This document shows positions 13,223 to 23,800 of a stretch of DNA of 64,000 bases, piece after piece (positions within the stretch are counted from its first letter, which is position 1; each line of letters opens with the position of its first letter). Both the position numbers and the translations under genes were made by a program. The stretch is taken from NCBI RefSeq assembly GCF_035594765.1, contig NC_085844.1:61891923-61955922 (forward strand), read 5' to 3'. Source of the stretch: Anolis carolinensis. Lineage: Eukaryota. The notes under the pieces are model-generated. The model was not told the DNA's origin. It saw only the letters and a program-made list of their open reading frames with translations, and made no database searches.

Positions 13223-14552
13223 TCTCTTTATCTATACACATAGACAGCCATCAACCTCCACAAGCAGCTATAACACACAGTGCAGAGGAGCCACCAATGG
13301 CCCTCCCTCCAATGACATGACATTTCAGGTTATAGCGAGTGCTATGTACATGTAGCCCAAACCCTGCAAATGTTTTCCCCAGATACTACAGCCCACCAAC
13401 CAAACAATTTGGGAACCATTTCATCCTAGATTTTACGTGTTTTCTTCACCATAGGCAGGCATCCCAGGGCTCCTTTCTCTCTCCATTAATGTGGAATTTG
13501 CATGACCCTGCCCACTGCCTCTCCCTTAACACTTTACTACTCTTTTCATCTCTGTCTGCATAACAAACAGAGCAGAACTGAGCAGCAACTAAACATACTG
13601 GAGGAGTTTGGAGAATTGACTCCAAATGACGGAAGTTATAGTTCACCCTGCATCAAGACACAGACCTCCACTGACAATGGACCTGGACCACATTTGGCAC
13701 ACAGAACCCCCATGACAAACAAAAAATACTGGAGAAGTTTGGGGGGGGATTCACCTGCATTTATGGGAGTTGTAGGTACTGGGATGTATAGTTCACCTGC
13801 TATCAAAGAGCACTCTGGACCCCACCAAGAATGGCCCTGAACCCTCATGGCCAACAAAACATGCAGGAGGGCTTTGGGAAAAATCATCTTGATTTATAGG
13901 AATTATAGTTCACCTACATCCAGAAAGCACTGTGAATGCGAACAATGGATCTGTACTAAATTTGGCACACATACCCTATATGCCTAAATTGGAATACTGG
14001 TGGAATTGGCCTTGACATTGTTAGTTGTAGGAACTGGGATTTATAGTTCACCTGCAATCAAAGAGCACTCTGAACCCCACCGATGATGGATCGGGACCAA
14101 ACTTGGCACAGAGAACGCCCGTGACCAACTGAATATATTGCAGAGTTTTTTTGTTTTTTTTGGGGGGGGGGGGAATTGAACTTGATTTATGGGAGTTATA
14201 GTTCACCTGCATCCACAGAAACTGTGACCCCCACCAACACTGGAACGGGACCCAACTTGGCACAGAGAAGCCCCGTGACCAACTGAACATACTGTAGGTG
14301 TTTTTGGGAATTGAACTTGATATTGGGAGTTGTAGTTCACCCTTATCCACAGAGCACTGAACATAGCCGACGTCGGATTTGGACCAAACTTGGCACACAA
14401 ACTCAACATGGCCCACTATGCATACAGACCTGGTTTGGGGTGATTGGCCTTGGCATATGGGAGTTATAGTTTGCCCTTATCCAGAGAGCCCTGAACCCAG
14501 CCGACAAATGCCCTTTTCAAATCATCTGGGCATTGCCGGGTTCCCAAGCTAG
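13223..14552 (+). mobile_element. Putative non-autonomous Helitron with ~7 internal diverged ~120-155 bp tandem units
   Basis: The insertion is absent from the paralogous segment at ~9590. It begins TC after an A, ends in an imperfect GC hairpin plus CTAG, and has no TSD. A GTTCACCTGCATC...GGACCAAACTTGGCAC unit recurs. Confidence 0.55.
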
Positions 14553-14836
14553 AGTCTTTAACAGTATACCAACATCATGTCTCCTCAACATTATTCCCAT
14601 ACTCAACTCCTTCCCACTGGCTCATATGAAGCATTAGGGATGCAAAAGCACAAAAAAAAAAGGAGACAAAAAAAATCCCCTGTATTCTGCAAAATAGGCA
14701 AATACCCACAAGTACGCATGATTTCTCTAGATTACAGAATACAGCACATTTTTGTTGCCTCTGTTGAGTCTGGTTTTTTTCTTTGTGCACTGTACACATT
14801 CCTGGCTACAACTAAAATTATCTGCAATGCAATCTA

Positions 14837-15549
14837 CAGGCAGTCCCTGAGTTAAAAACATCTGACTTACAAACAACTGTTAAGAACAGGGATGAGACAA
14901 CAGGAAGTGAAAGAAATCTGCCCCCAGGGAGGGAAATTCACTCCTGAAAGAGTTATCATGGGGAAAAGGTGTCTCAGCTGAAGCTTTCTCTCCAATTGTT
15001 GTTTCCACAACAAGCCAATTTTTTCAAAATCCAATTATCACAGGGACAGAAAGTGAGGCAAAATCTTCTGAACAGGGGCATAGACAGCAAAAGAAACACT
15101 ACATGGGTGTTAACCCTTCCCTATGCTATCCAAAGCTATATATAGGAATTTATGGGCAAACACAATAGAAGGATAAATAAGTAATGTTATAGGCACCACA
15201 GTAACTAAGTAGTCAAGGTGTGGGGTGCGGGGTGTGTGGAATAAGGATTAACTTTGTGTAGGATGTGGACAAGAGGGATGTCTTACATGTTGTAGTGTGG
15301 ATGTCATGTGTGTTATGTGTACTGCTTTTTTGTCTTCAAATCTGGAGTCCTGTGGAATGTTCTGACCACTTGCACTGCAGATTGAACTGCAAAAGCCTTT
15401 GGGGTTCTTTTCTGAGCATCTTCCTTATCTTCGTATGTGTACTGTGTGTATTTATCATGTTTGTAAATTTTAATAAAAATTTAATTTAAAAAAAAGGAAG
15501 AAGAAGAAACCGACAGAACCTATCATGTTTGTAACTTGGAAACTGTCTG
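14837..15549. mobile_element. Tigger-like non-autonomous DNA transposon carrying an internal polyadenylated LINE 3' fragment (~15145-15500)
   Basis: Imperfect TIRs CAGGCAGTCCC.../...AACTGTCTG with TA flanks. A reverse-oriented relative lies at ~33973-34350. The internal piece ends in AATAAA plus an A-run. Confidence 0.6.
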
Positions 15550-15629
15550 TATTGTAGTTTTACAATGTCTTTAGCTTTAGTTTTCTCGAGCCAGGCATCC
15601 CCCATTCTGCATCTTTGCATTTCATTCTT

Positions 15630-16790
15630 TACTCCACTTAGGCAGAAAAAAATTAAATGCAAAGATACAGAATGGGGGACGCCTGACTCAACAACAATAC
15701 ATGTGAAAAAGATCTTGGAGTCCTTGTGGACAGGAAGATGAACATGAGCCAACAATGTGATGTGGCAGCTGAAAAAGCCAATGGGATTTTGGCCTGCATA
15801 AATAGGAGTCTAGTGTCTAGAGCCAAGGAAGTCATGCTACGCCTCTATTCTGCCTTGGTCAGACCACACCTGGAATGGGCTGGGCTTTAGCATAGCTGGC
15901 TAATCACCAGCAGCAATAAATTTCTACCAACCAAAATGTTGACAGTTCGAGCCCGGGTCAGGGTGAGCACTTGACCAGCCAGCTTCACTGTCCACTTACG
16001 GCACCATAAAAGGAAATACCAGAAATGGCAGCAATCAAAGAACAGGAGGAAAAATTTGTGATCAAGGGCTTGTTGTCACAGCGTTTGGAGCAACAGCATC
16101 CCCGTGGCTGGAATCGAGCACAACCTCCTGGACGTTGAAGTTGTAAAAATGCCGACATAATACATTTATCTGTTGTTTTTCATGTATGTCTAATTGGCAT
16201 TGAATGTTTGTTGTGTACATGTTCTGTGATCCTCCCTCAGTCCCCTTTGGGGTAAGAAGGGTGGAATATAAATGCTGTAAATAATAATAATACTGTGTCC
16301 AATTCTGGGCACCGCAATTTAAGGGAGATGTTGATAAGCAGAAGGTGTACAGAGGAGAGCAACTTAAATGATCAAGGATCTGCAGAATAAGCCCTATGAG
16401 GAGCAGCTTAAAGAGCTGGGCATGTTTAGCCTGCAGAAGAGAAGGTTGAGAGGAGACATGAGGGCCATGTATAAATACATGAGGGGAAGTCATAGGGAGT
16501 AGGGAGCAAGCTTGTTTTCTGCTGCCCTGGAGACTAGGACTATGAGAAACGGCTTTAAACTACAGGAAAGGAGATTCCACCTGAACATTAGGAAGATCTT
16601 CCTCACTGTGAGAGCTGTTCAGCAGTGGAACTCTCTGCCTCAGAGTGTGGTGAAGGCTCCTTCTTTAGGGGCTTTTAAGCAGATGCTGCATGGCCATCCA
16701 TCAGGGGTGCTTTGAATGCAATTTTTCTGCTTCTTGGCGGGGGTTTGGACTGGATGGCCCATGAGGTCTCTTCCAACTCTGTGATTCTGC
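15630..16790 (+). mobile_element. 5'-truncated CR1 LINE, interrupted by a SINE
   Basis: Degenerate CR1 RT C-terminus (EKDLGVLVD..., LVRPHLEYCVQFWAP, LELFSL..RRLRGD-like, WNSLP) and the CR1 3' end GGTCTCTTCCAACTCTGTGATTCT. Confidence 0.85.
15877..16291 (+). mobile_element. Near full-length tRNA-headed, L2-tailed SINE nested in the CR1
   Basis: Splits CCACACCTGGAAT|ACTGTGTCC; B-box-like GTTCGAGCCC; (AAT)n tail. Confidence 0.8.
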
Positions 16791-16926
16791 GAAAGAGAAA
16801 CCACAAATCCAAGGATTCCATAAAGCAGGTGTGGGCAAACTTGGGCTTCAAACTTGGACTTCAACTCCCAGACATCTGGAGGGCCCAAGTTTGTCCACGC
16901 CTGGCGTAGTCTCATAGAATCACATA

Positions 16927-17379
16927 CAGTAGAGTCTCGCTTATCCAACATAAACGGGCTGGCAGAACGTTGGATAAGTGAAAATGTTGGATAATGAGGG
17001 ATTAAGGAAAAGCCTATTAAATGTCAAAATTACATTATGATTTTACAAATTAAGTACCAAAACATCATGTTTTACAACTAATCGACAGAAAAAGCAGTTC
17101 AATACACGGTAACGTTATGTAGTAATTACTGTATTTATGAATTTAGCACCAAAACATAGCAATGTATTGAAAACATGGACTAAAAAACATTGGCTGCAAA
17201 GAAATTGACTACAGAATGGCATAAAATGAACTTACAGTAACAACATTTTCGGAAATTAAATCTCTAGAAAGTTCAATTCTTGCTGCCTAGAAAAACAGCT
17301 ATGGATCCGGGCAGGAGGCAAACTGTTGGATAATCCAGAATGTTGGAAAAGCGAAGGTTGGATAAGCGAGACTCTACTG
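16927..17379. mobile_element. Tc1/mariner-superfamily MITE inserted in a reverse-strand CR1 3' end
   Basis: TIR CAGTAGAGTCTCGCTTATCCAAC with TA TSD. The flanks rejoin as CATAGAATCACATA|GTTGGAAGAGACC. Confidence 0.85.
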
Positions 17380-17541
17380 TAGTTGGAAGAGACCATATGG
17401 GCCAACTAGTCCAACCCCTTGCCATGCAGGAAACACAGTCAAAGCACTCCCGACAGATGCTCATCCAGCCTTTGTTGGTGTGTTACTTCTACATGTAGCA
17501 CCAGCCATCTATTCTACTTGAACCTAAAAGAAATGTGTGTA

Positions 17542-18329
17542 CAGTAGAGTCTCGCTTCTCTAACATAAACGGGCCGGCAGAACGTTGGATAAGCGAAAAT
17601 GTTGGATAATAAGGAGGGATTAAACATCAAATTATGTTATGATTTTTGCAAATTAAGCACCAAAACATCATGTTTTACAACAAATTGACAGAAAAAGCAG
17701 TTCAATGTTACAGTAGAGTCTCACTTATCCAACATAAACAGGCTGGCAGAACATTGGATAAGCAAATATGTTGGATAATAAGGAGGGATTAAGGAAAAGC
17801 CTATTAAACATCAAATTAGGTTATGATTTTACAAATTAAGCATCAAAACATCATGTTATACAACAAATTTGACAGAAAAGGTAGTTTAATATGCAGTAAT
17901 GCTATGTAGTAATTACTGTATTTACCGGTAAAATTTGGCACCAAAATATCACAATGTATTGAAAACATTGACTACAAAAATGCATTGGATAATCCAGAAC
18001 GTTGGATAAGTGAGACTCTACTGTATGTAGTAATTACTGTATTCACGAATCTAGCATCAAAACATCATAATGTATTGAAAACACTGAGTACAAAAACATT
18101 GACTACTAAAAGGCAGACTGCGTTGGATAATACAGAACGTTGGATAAGTGAAGGTTGGATAAGTGAGACTCTACTGCATGTAGTAATTACTGTATTCACG
18201 AATCCAGCATCAAAACATCATAATGTATTGAAAACACTGACTACAAAAACATTGACTACTAAAAGGCAGACTGCGTTGGATAATACAGAACGCTGGATAA
18301 GTGAAGGTTGGATAAGTGAGACTCTACTA
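17542..18329. mobile_element. Composite of the same MITE family: one copy nested in another, plus a tandemly duplicated right arm
   Basis: Left TIRs at 17542 and 17711; right TIRs end at 18023, 18176 and 18329. Confidence 0.8.
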
Positions 18330-18339
18330 TACTTTAAAA

Positions 18340-18900
18340 AAACCCGCATCCTGCCTTCCCTTCCTTTTTCAGGGACTGTTTCCACACTTTAGCAGCCGCC
18401 CAGAGGAATGAGTGCGTGAGGAGGGAAATGGGCGGGAACTCTCTCGGCTTCTTTCCTGGCCTCTGGGAAGGAAGGGCTGTGAGCAGAGGCAGAAGCAGCA
18501 ACAGCAGCCCAAGGATGGAAACCGCCGCCTGCTGAAAATATGCTGGTTCTTTTTGCAGGCGCCGGGCTGGGGTTGAGGAGGAAAGCCCCAAAAGGACGCG
18601 AGGAGGAGCTGAAGGCTCATGTGACCCGCGGCTGAGGCGGGCAGAGGCTGCCCAGAAATAGCCGCAGCTGCCTTGGTTCCTTGGAAGGGGAAGGAGGAGG
18701 AGAGCCAGCTCGCTCCTGCCGCCTGGGCTCCTCCAGAGGATGCGAAGCCGCCCGACGCGCCTCCCCCCTCCTCTCGCAGATGATGGCAATACGGGAGCTG
18801 AAAGTGTGTCTGCTGGGAGTAAGTACCTCTCTCTGTCTTGCGTGAGGGTTCCCGAGGAAAGGCAAGGCTGGGCTCCCTTTGTCTTCCCGGGAACTTCGGC
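18340..18900 (+). promoter_or_regulatory. CpG-rich promoter/5'UTR region of RAB31
   Basis: Abrupt rise in GC and CpG content against an AT-rich background, GC-box-like GGGCGG motifs, and it contains the start codon. Confidence 0.8.
18780..18818 (+). CDS. RAB31: RAB31 coding exon 1 (MMAIRELKVCLLG)
   Basis: ATG ATG GCA ATA CGG GAG CTG AAA GTG TGT CTG CTG GGA is followed by a GTAAGT donor at 18819. It matches the vertebrate Rab31 N-terminus and lies in the CpG-rich region. Confidence 0.95.
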
Positions 18901-18943
18901 CCTCCTCCTCCTCTTTGCTCGATTTGCTTTCTGGGAACTTTGG

Positions 18944-19289
18944 CGAGAAGGATGGAGGCAGACATTCCTCCTCCTGTCTGGGATCTCTCCTCCTCGTCCT
19001 CCCTTTCACACACAAGAAAATACCTTCTTTCTTAGGCATATTCATGGAAAGCAACCTTACATTTCCCTGCAATTGAACCTACTCTTTCCTGGGTTTTCCT
19101 GTTGGTATTTCCTGTATTTGCTAGGTTCTCCGAGAAGGATGGAGGCAGACATTCCTCCTCCTGTCTGGGATTTCTTCTCGTCCTCCCTTTCACACACAAG
19201 AAAATACCTTCTTTCTTAGAAGGCAACCTGACATTTTCTAGGCTCTCCCCCTGCAATTGAGCCTACTCTTTCCTTCGTTTTCCTGTTGG
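18944..19289 (+). repeat. Direct duplication, period 187 bp
   Basis: CGAGAAGGATGGAGGCAGACATTCCTCCTCCTGTCTGGGAT...GTTTTCCTGTTGG occurs at 18944 and 19131. Confidence 0.9.
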
Positions 19290-19404
19290 AGGAACTGAGT
19301 TTAGTGTTTAACAGGCATGGGCAAACTTGGGCCGGTAGGCTGTTAGGAATGGTGAGAGTTGAAGTCCAAAACACCTGGAGGGCCCAAGTTTGCCCATGCC
19401 TGGT

Positions 19405-20835
19405 TTATTAGGTTCTCCTTGTGGAATTGAATCCAGTGTTTCCTAAGTTCTCCCCATGGAGCTGAATCTTAGGTTCTCCTCATGGAAATGAGTCTAATAT
19501 TTCCTTGGTTCTCCTCATAGAACTTGAACCTTGTATTTGGTAGGTTCTCCGCATGGAATTGAATCAAATGATTCCTAGTTTCTTCTAATGGAACTGAATC
19601 TTGTATTTACTAGGTTGGTTCTCCTCATGGAACTGAGTCTAATAGTTCCCAGGTTCTCCTAATGGAACTGTGTCTCATATTTTCTAGGTTCTCCTTGTGG
19701 AATTGAGTCTCGTATTTACTAGGTTCTTATGGAATTTAATAATATTTATTTGGTTCTCCTCATGCAACTGAATCTCGTATTTACTAGGTTCTCTTCATGG
19801 AATTGAGTAATGTTTCCTAGGTTCTCCTCATGGAACTGGATCTTTTATTTACTAGGTTGGTTCTCCTCATGGTATTAATATTTCCTAGGTTTTCTAATGG
19901 AACTGTTTCTTGTATTTGCTAGGTTCTCCTCATGGAATTGAATCTCATATTTGCTAAGTTGCTTCTCCTCATGGAATTGAGTCTGATATTTCTTAGGTTC
20001 TCCTCTTGGAACTGAGTCTTGTATTTACTAGGTTCTCCTTGTGGAATTGAGTAATATTTCCTAGGAGGTTCTAATGCAGTGTTTCCCAACCTTTGATCCT
20101 CCAGGTATTGTGGATTTCAACTCCCAGAAATCCCAGCCATCTTATAAGCTGTTAGGAATTGTGGGAGCTGAAGTCCAAAACACCTGGAGGACCAAAGGTT
20201 GGGAACCACTGTTCTAGTAGAACTGTGTCTTGTATTTGCTAGGTTCTCCTCATGGAATTGAATCTAGTGTTTTCTAGGTTCTCTTAATGGACCTGAATCT
20301 CGTATTTACTAGGTTCTCCTCATGAAAATGAGTCTAATATTTCTTTGCTTCATGGAACAGTGTCTCGTATTTACTAGGTTCTCTTAATGGAAAAGAGTCT
20401 TACATTTCCTTGGTTCTTCTAATGGAACAGAATCTTATATTTACTCACTTCTCCACATGGAGTTGAGTAATATTTCCTAAGTTTTCCTCATTGAATTTAA
20501 ATCAATGCTTCCTAGGTTCTCATGGAACGGAGTCTAGTATTTCCTAAATTCTTTTCATGGAATTAAGTCCAATATTTCCTAAGTTCTCCTAATGTGTTTC
20601 CCAAATTTTGGTAGTTCAGATATTTTGGACTTTGCCTTCCAGAATTCCTGATTGATGGCCAAATTGGCCGGAGTGATGGGAGTTGGAAGTCCAAAACAAC
20701 TGGAGCACCAAAGTTTGGGAACCCCTGCCCTAATGGAACTGAGTCTCCAAGGTTCTTCTAATGGAATTGTGTCTAGTATTTCCTAAGTTCTAATGGAATT
20801 CAGTCTAAAGTTTCCCAGTTTCTCTTAATAGGATT
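19405..20835 (+). repeat. Diverged minisatellite, ~33-39 bp unit (GGTTCTCCTCATGGAATTGAGTCTAATATTTCCTA), roughly 30 copies
   Basis: GGTTCTCC...TGGAA(C/T)TGA recurs throughout. hAT MITEs interrupt it at 20077-20211 and ~20594-20727. Confidence 0.9.
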
Positions 20836-21262
20836 GTCACTGTATGCCTTTGGATTTTGCTCTTTTCATTTTCCAAGTGGAGACACACCTAAGCAAAGGT
20901 TTCTTCGGAGGGCAGAGAAGTTTCCAGCACAGAATGAGCTGCATAATGAAAACTAATATGCTAGTGAGAAGCATGGTTAGGGGTGCAGTAATACTGTAGA
21001 ATAAATACAAATTGACAACACTTTAGCTGCTATGTCTCAGTGCAAAATACTTTTGTAAAAACTACAGCTGCCATGATTCTAGAGCATTGCACCATGGTAG
21101 GTACAGTGGTGCCAAACTGCATTAAATCTATAGTGTAGATATACTCTATATCTTTCCCATGACATCTGGTTTTCTTCAAGAAGAAAAAAAGTATTTGTTG
21201 TATGGAGAAGGCTTTAATTGTGAGAGGGTCCCCCTTCCGGTTTCCAAGAACAGGTTTTGCAT

Positions 21263-21605
21263 TACAGGTTGGGCATCCCTTATCCAGAGAGCCAAAATCC
21301 AGAATACTCCAAAATTGTCTGCATGAGTGGCTGAGATAGTGACATCTTTGCTTTCTGGTGGTTTATTGTACACACACTGTGTTTCATGCACAAAATAGTT
21401 AAAAAATATTGTGTAAAGCTTCCTTCATTCTATGTGTATAAAGTGTATAAGACGCATTAATGGATTTCATGTTTAGAGTTGGGCCCCATCTCCAACATAC
21501 CTTATTATGGATATATGTGTATCTACCAGGTGTTTCAAAGTCCAAAATAAATAAATCTGAAACCCAAAAACACATCTGGTCCCAAATATTTCAGATAAAG
21601 GGAGA
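21263..21605. mobile_element. Degenerate Tigger-like DNA transposon relic
   Basis: TA-CAGGTTGGGCATCCCTTATCC...GATAAAGGGA partial inverted ends. Confidence 0.5.
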
Positions 21606-23269
21606 ATTAGGATATAGTTTAGTGCTGGGAAAAATGCATTTGAGTGTGTACTGTAGACCATAGAAACTCATAATAAATATCTTTATAAGTTGCCACAACT
21701 TTAATCTTGTTTTGTCTGCAACAGATTAATGGGAGCACATTTCTGAGAAAACCTTACTTCTGAATAATTCTCAGATTTTTAGCTACAGAGAAAGTTTGTT
21801 TCCTCCACTTTTCCCTGTCTTGCACAAGCAAGGTTAAGTATGTTATAGCCAAATGGGTTCTTTTTGTGGTTTATATTTAGCAAGTAATGTTTTGTGCTCA
21901 AGAGGGGGAAAAGATTGCTACATACTTCTGATTTTTGGCAGTAACTGTATGCAAAGCAGTTAAGTATTGGACATAACTTAGAGAAAGATTTTCTGTTTTC
22001 CTTTTTAGAAGCGTTCAATATAGAATTATGGTCAGTTTTTATTCGTTAAAACTTGGCACATTCATGCAGATTAGTTTCCAGGGAATCTTTTTCTTTTTCT
22101 TTCTTTTTGGATAAACTTCTGATTGCTGAAATTAGACACTGTTTTGCCACACCATGATGATTTAACATTGCATAAACCAATATCCAGTTCATCTAGAAAA
22201 AAATAGTTGTTCGCATTAAGAGACTGATAGTGAGAGTGACACATAAAGAAAAAGGAACTTTTAAAACTCCACCAGTATTTATTAAAAGTACACGTCAATG
22301 TAAACGTTAAATCCACTCAATAAAATTAATAAGTGTGGAATAATTTTCATTAATCTACAAAAATCCAGTATCACATTCTTTATAAAACACATGGAAGATC
22401 CATAGTATTTATTCCAGATAACTTGGTTTTGCATTTTGCTTGGCTTTGTCTTGCAGATATGTTACACCCAATCTTGCTTAGATATTGTTGTTACTTGACC
22501 TTAAGTATATCTGCTTCAAGGATGAGTGATAAACCAGTACAGAAGGATGTCAGAAAACAAAGTTGTCTGTATAAAATCTTTAAACAAGCATTTATTGTGC
22601 AATGTGATCTGTTATTTCAGAGGAATAATAGAAAATAGATATGCGGCCTAATGAACTCATTGCAGAATTTTCATCCTGAATGTTTTCTATCTGATTTGCA
22701 TTCCAAACCATCAAGAAGTTAACCAATATCTTTATATTTGCAACTTATTTGCCTGCTCTCTTGTAATAAACAAAATATATTGCATTGCAACCCAAACTGA
22801 GCTTTCTGTAAATATTAAGCTAAACAAACCACAGCTCATAATGCAACAGCTCATTGATTCAATAACATGGAGAGAAATACAATGAAATGAACAGAGATAG
22901 GTTTATTTGTTGCATGCCTCCAAATTGTTTCTGGCTTGTGGTGATCCCTTACCAAGAAAAACCTCAGTGGCAGGTTTTTCTTGGTTGGATTTGTTCAGAA
23001 GAGGTTTGCCATTGCCTTCCTTTAAGGCAGAGAGTGTGACTTGCCCAGGGCCACCCAGTAGGTGTCATGGCTGAGCATACACCACGAGGAGAAGAGGACT
23101 TGTAGTTAATATTTTAGCAAACTTTTACATTCAGAGCTAACAAAGTTTATATGCGTATGTGATTCTATATGCATATGTGAAATGAAACAACCAGGAATGC
23201 ACATATACCGTAGAATTATACTGCAGTTTGACACCACTTTAACCATGGTTCAGTGCTATCGAATCAGAC

Positions 23270-23800
23270 TAGTTACAGACTAATAACCAGACTAGTTACA
23301 GGTACATCTAGGAGTGAGCATATTACATCTATACTACAGTCACTCTACCGGCTAGCAATTTCCAAACAAAGTATAAAGTGTTGGTTTTTACCTTTAAAGC
23401 CCTGCATGGTTTGGATCTGGGTTACCTATAAGATCACCTTTTCCCCTACCATAGTGGCTCTCAACCTGTGGGTCCCCAGGTGGTTAGGCCTACAACTCCC
23501 AGAAATCCCAGTCAGTTTACCAGCTGTTAGGATTTCTGGGAGCTGAAGCCCAAAACACCTGGGGATCCACAGGTTGAGAACCACTGCCCTACAATCTCTC
23601 TGGAACACTTAGGTCCTCTGGGCGCAAGGGGCGCGAGCCAGATACTGACTGCCTTTTTCATTGGTTGTCCCAAAACTGTGGAACAACCTGCCGAAAAAAC
23701 TCTGACAGCAAAATGAACTGTCAGAATGTAAGAGACATGTAAGAGACATACCGCTTTTCCAGCACGCCTACCCAGTCAGTTTTTAACTATGAATTTTAAA
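23270..23800 (+). mobile_element. Old L2 fragment with a nested hAT MITE (23452-23586)
   Basis: HITSILQSLYRL...FKALHGL-like remnant. The MITE has TSD CCCTACCA/CCCTACAA. Confidence 0.65.

Noticed and set aside
17985-18392. 135-aa ORF with internal repeat
   Set aside because: It arises from the 153-bp (multiple of 3) duplicated MITE arm and is not transposase-like.
18334-19256. Overlapping 150-214 aa ORFs on both strands
   Set aside because: They are a by-product of GC-rich, stop-poor promoter sequence, have no recognisable domain, and the + ORF reads through the exon 1 donor.
19405-20835. CRISPR-like array (~35-bp repeats)
   Set aside because: The units are contiguous and diverged with no unique spacers or cas genes, in a vertebrate intron. 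It is a minisatellite.
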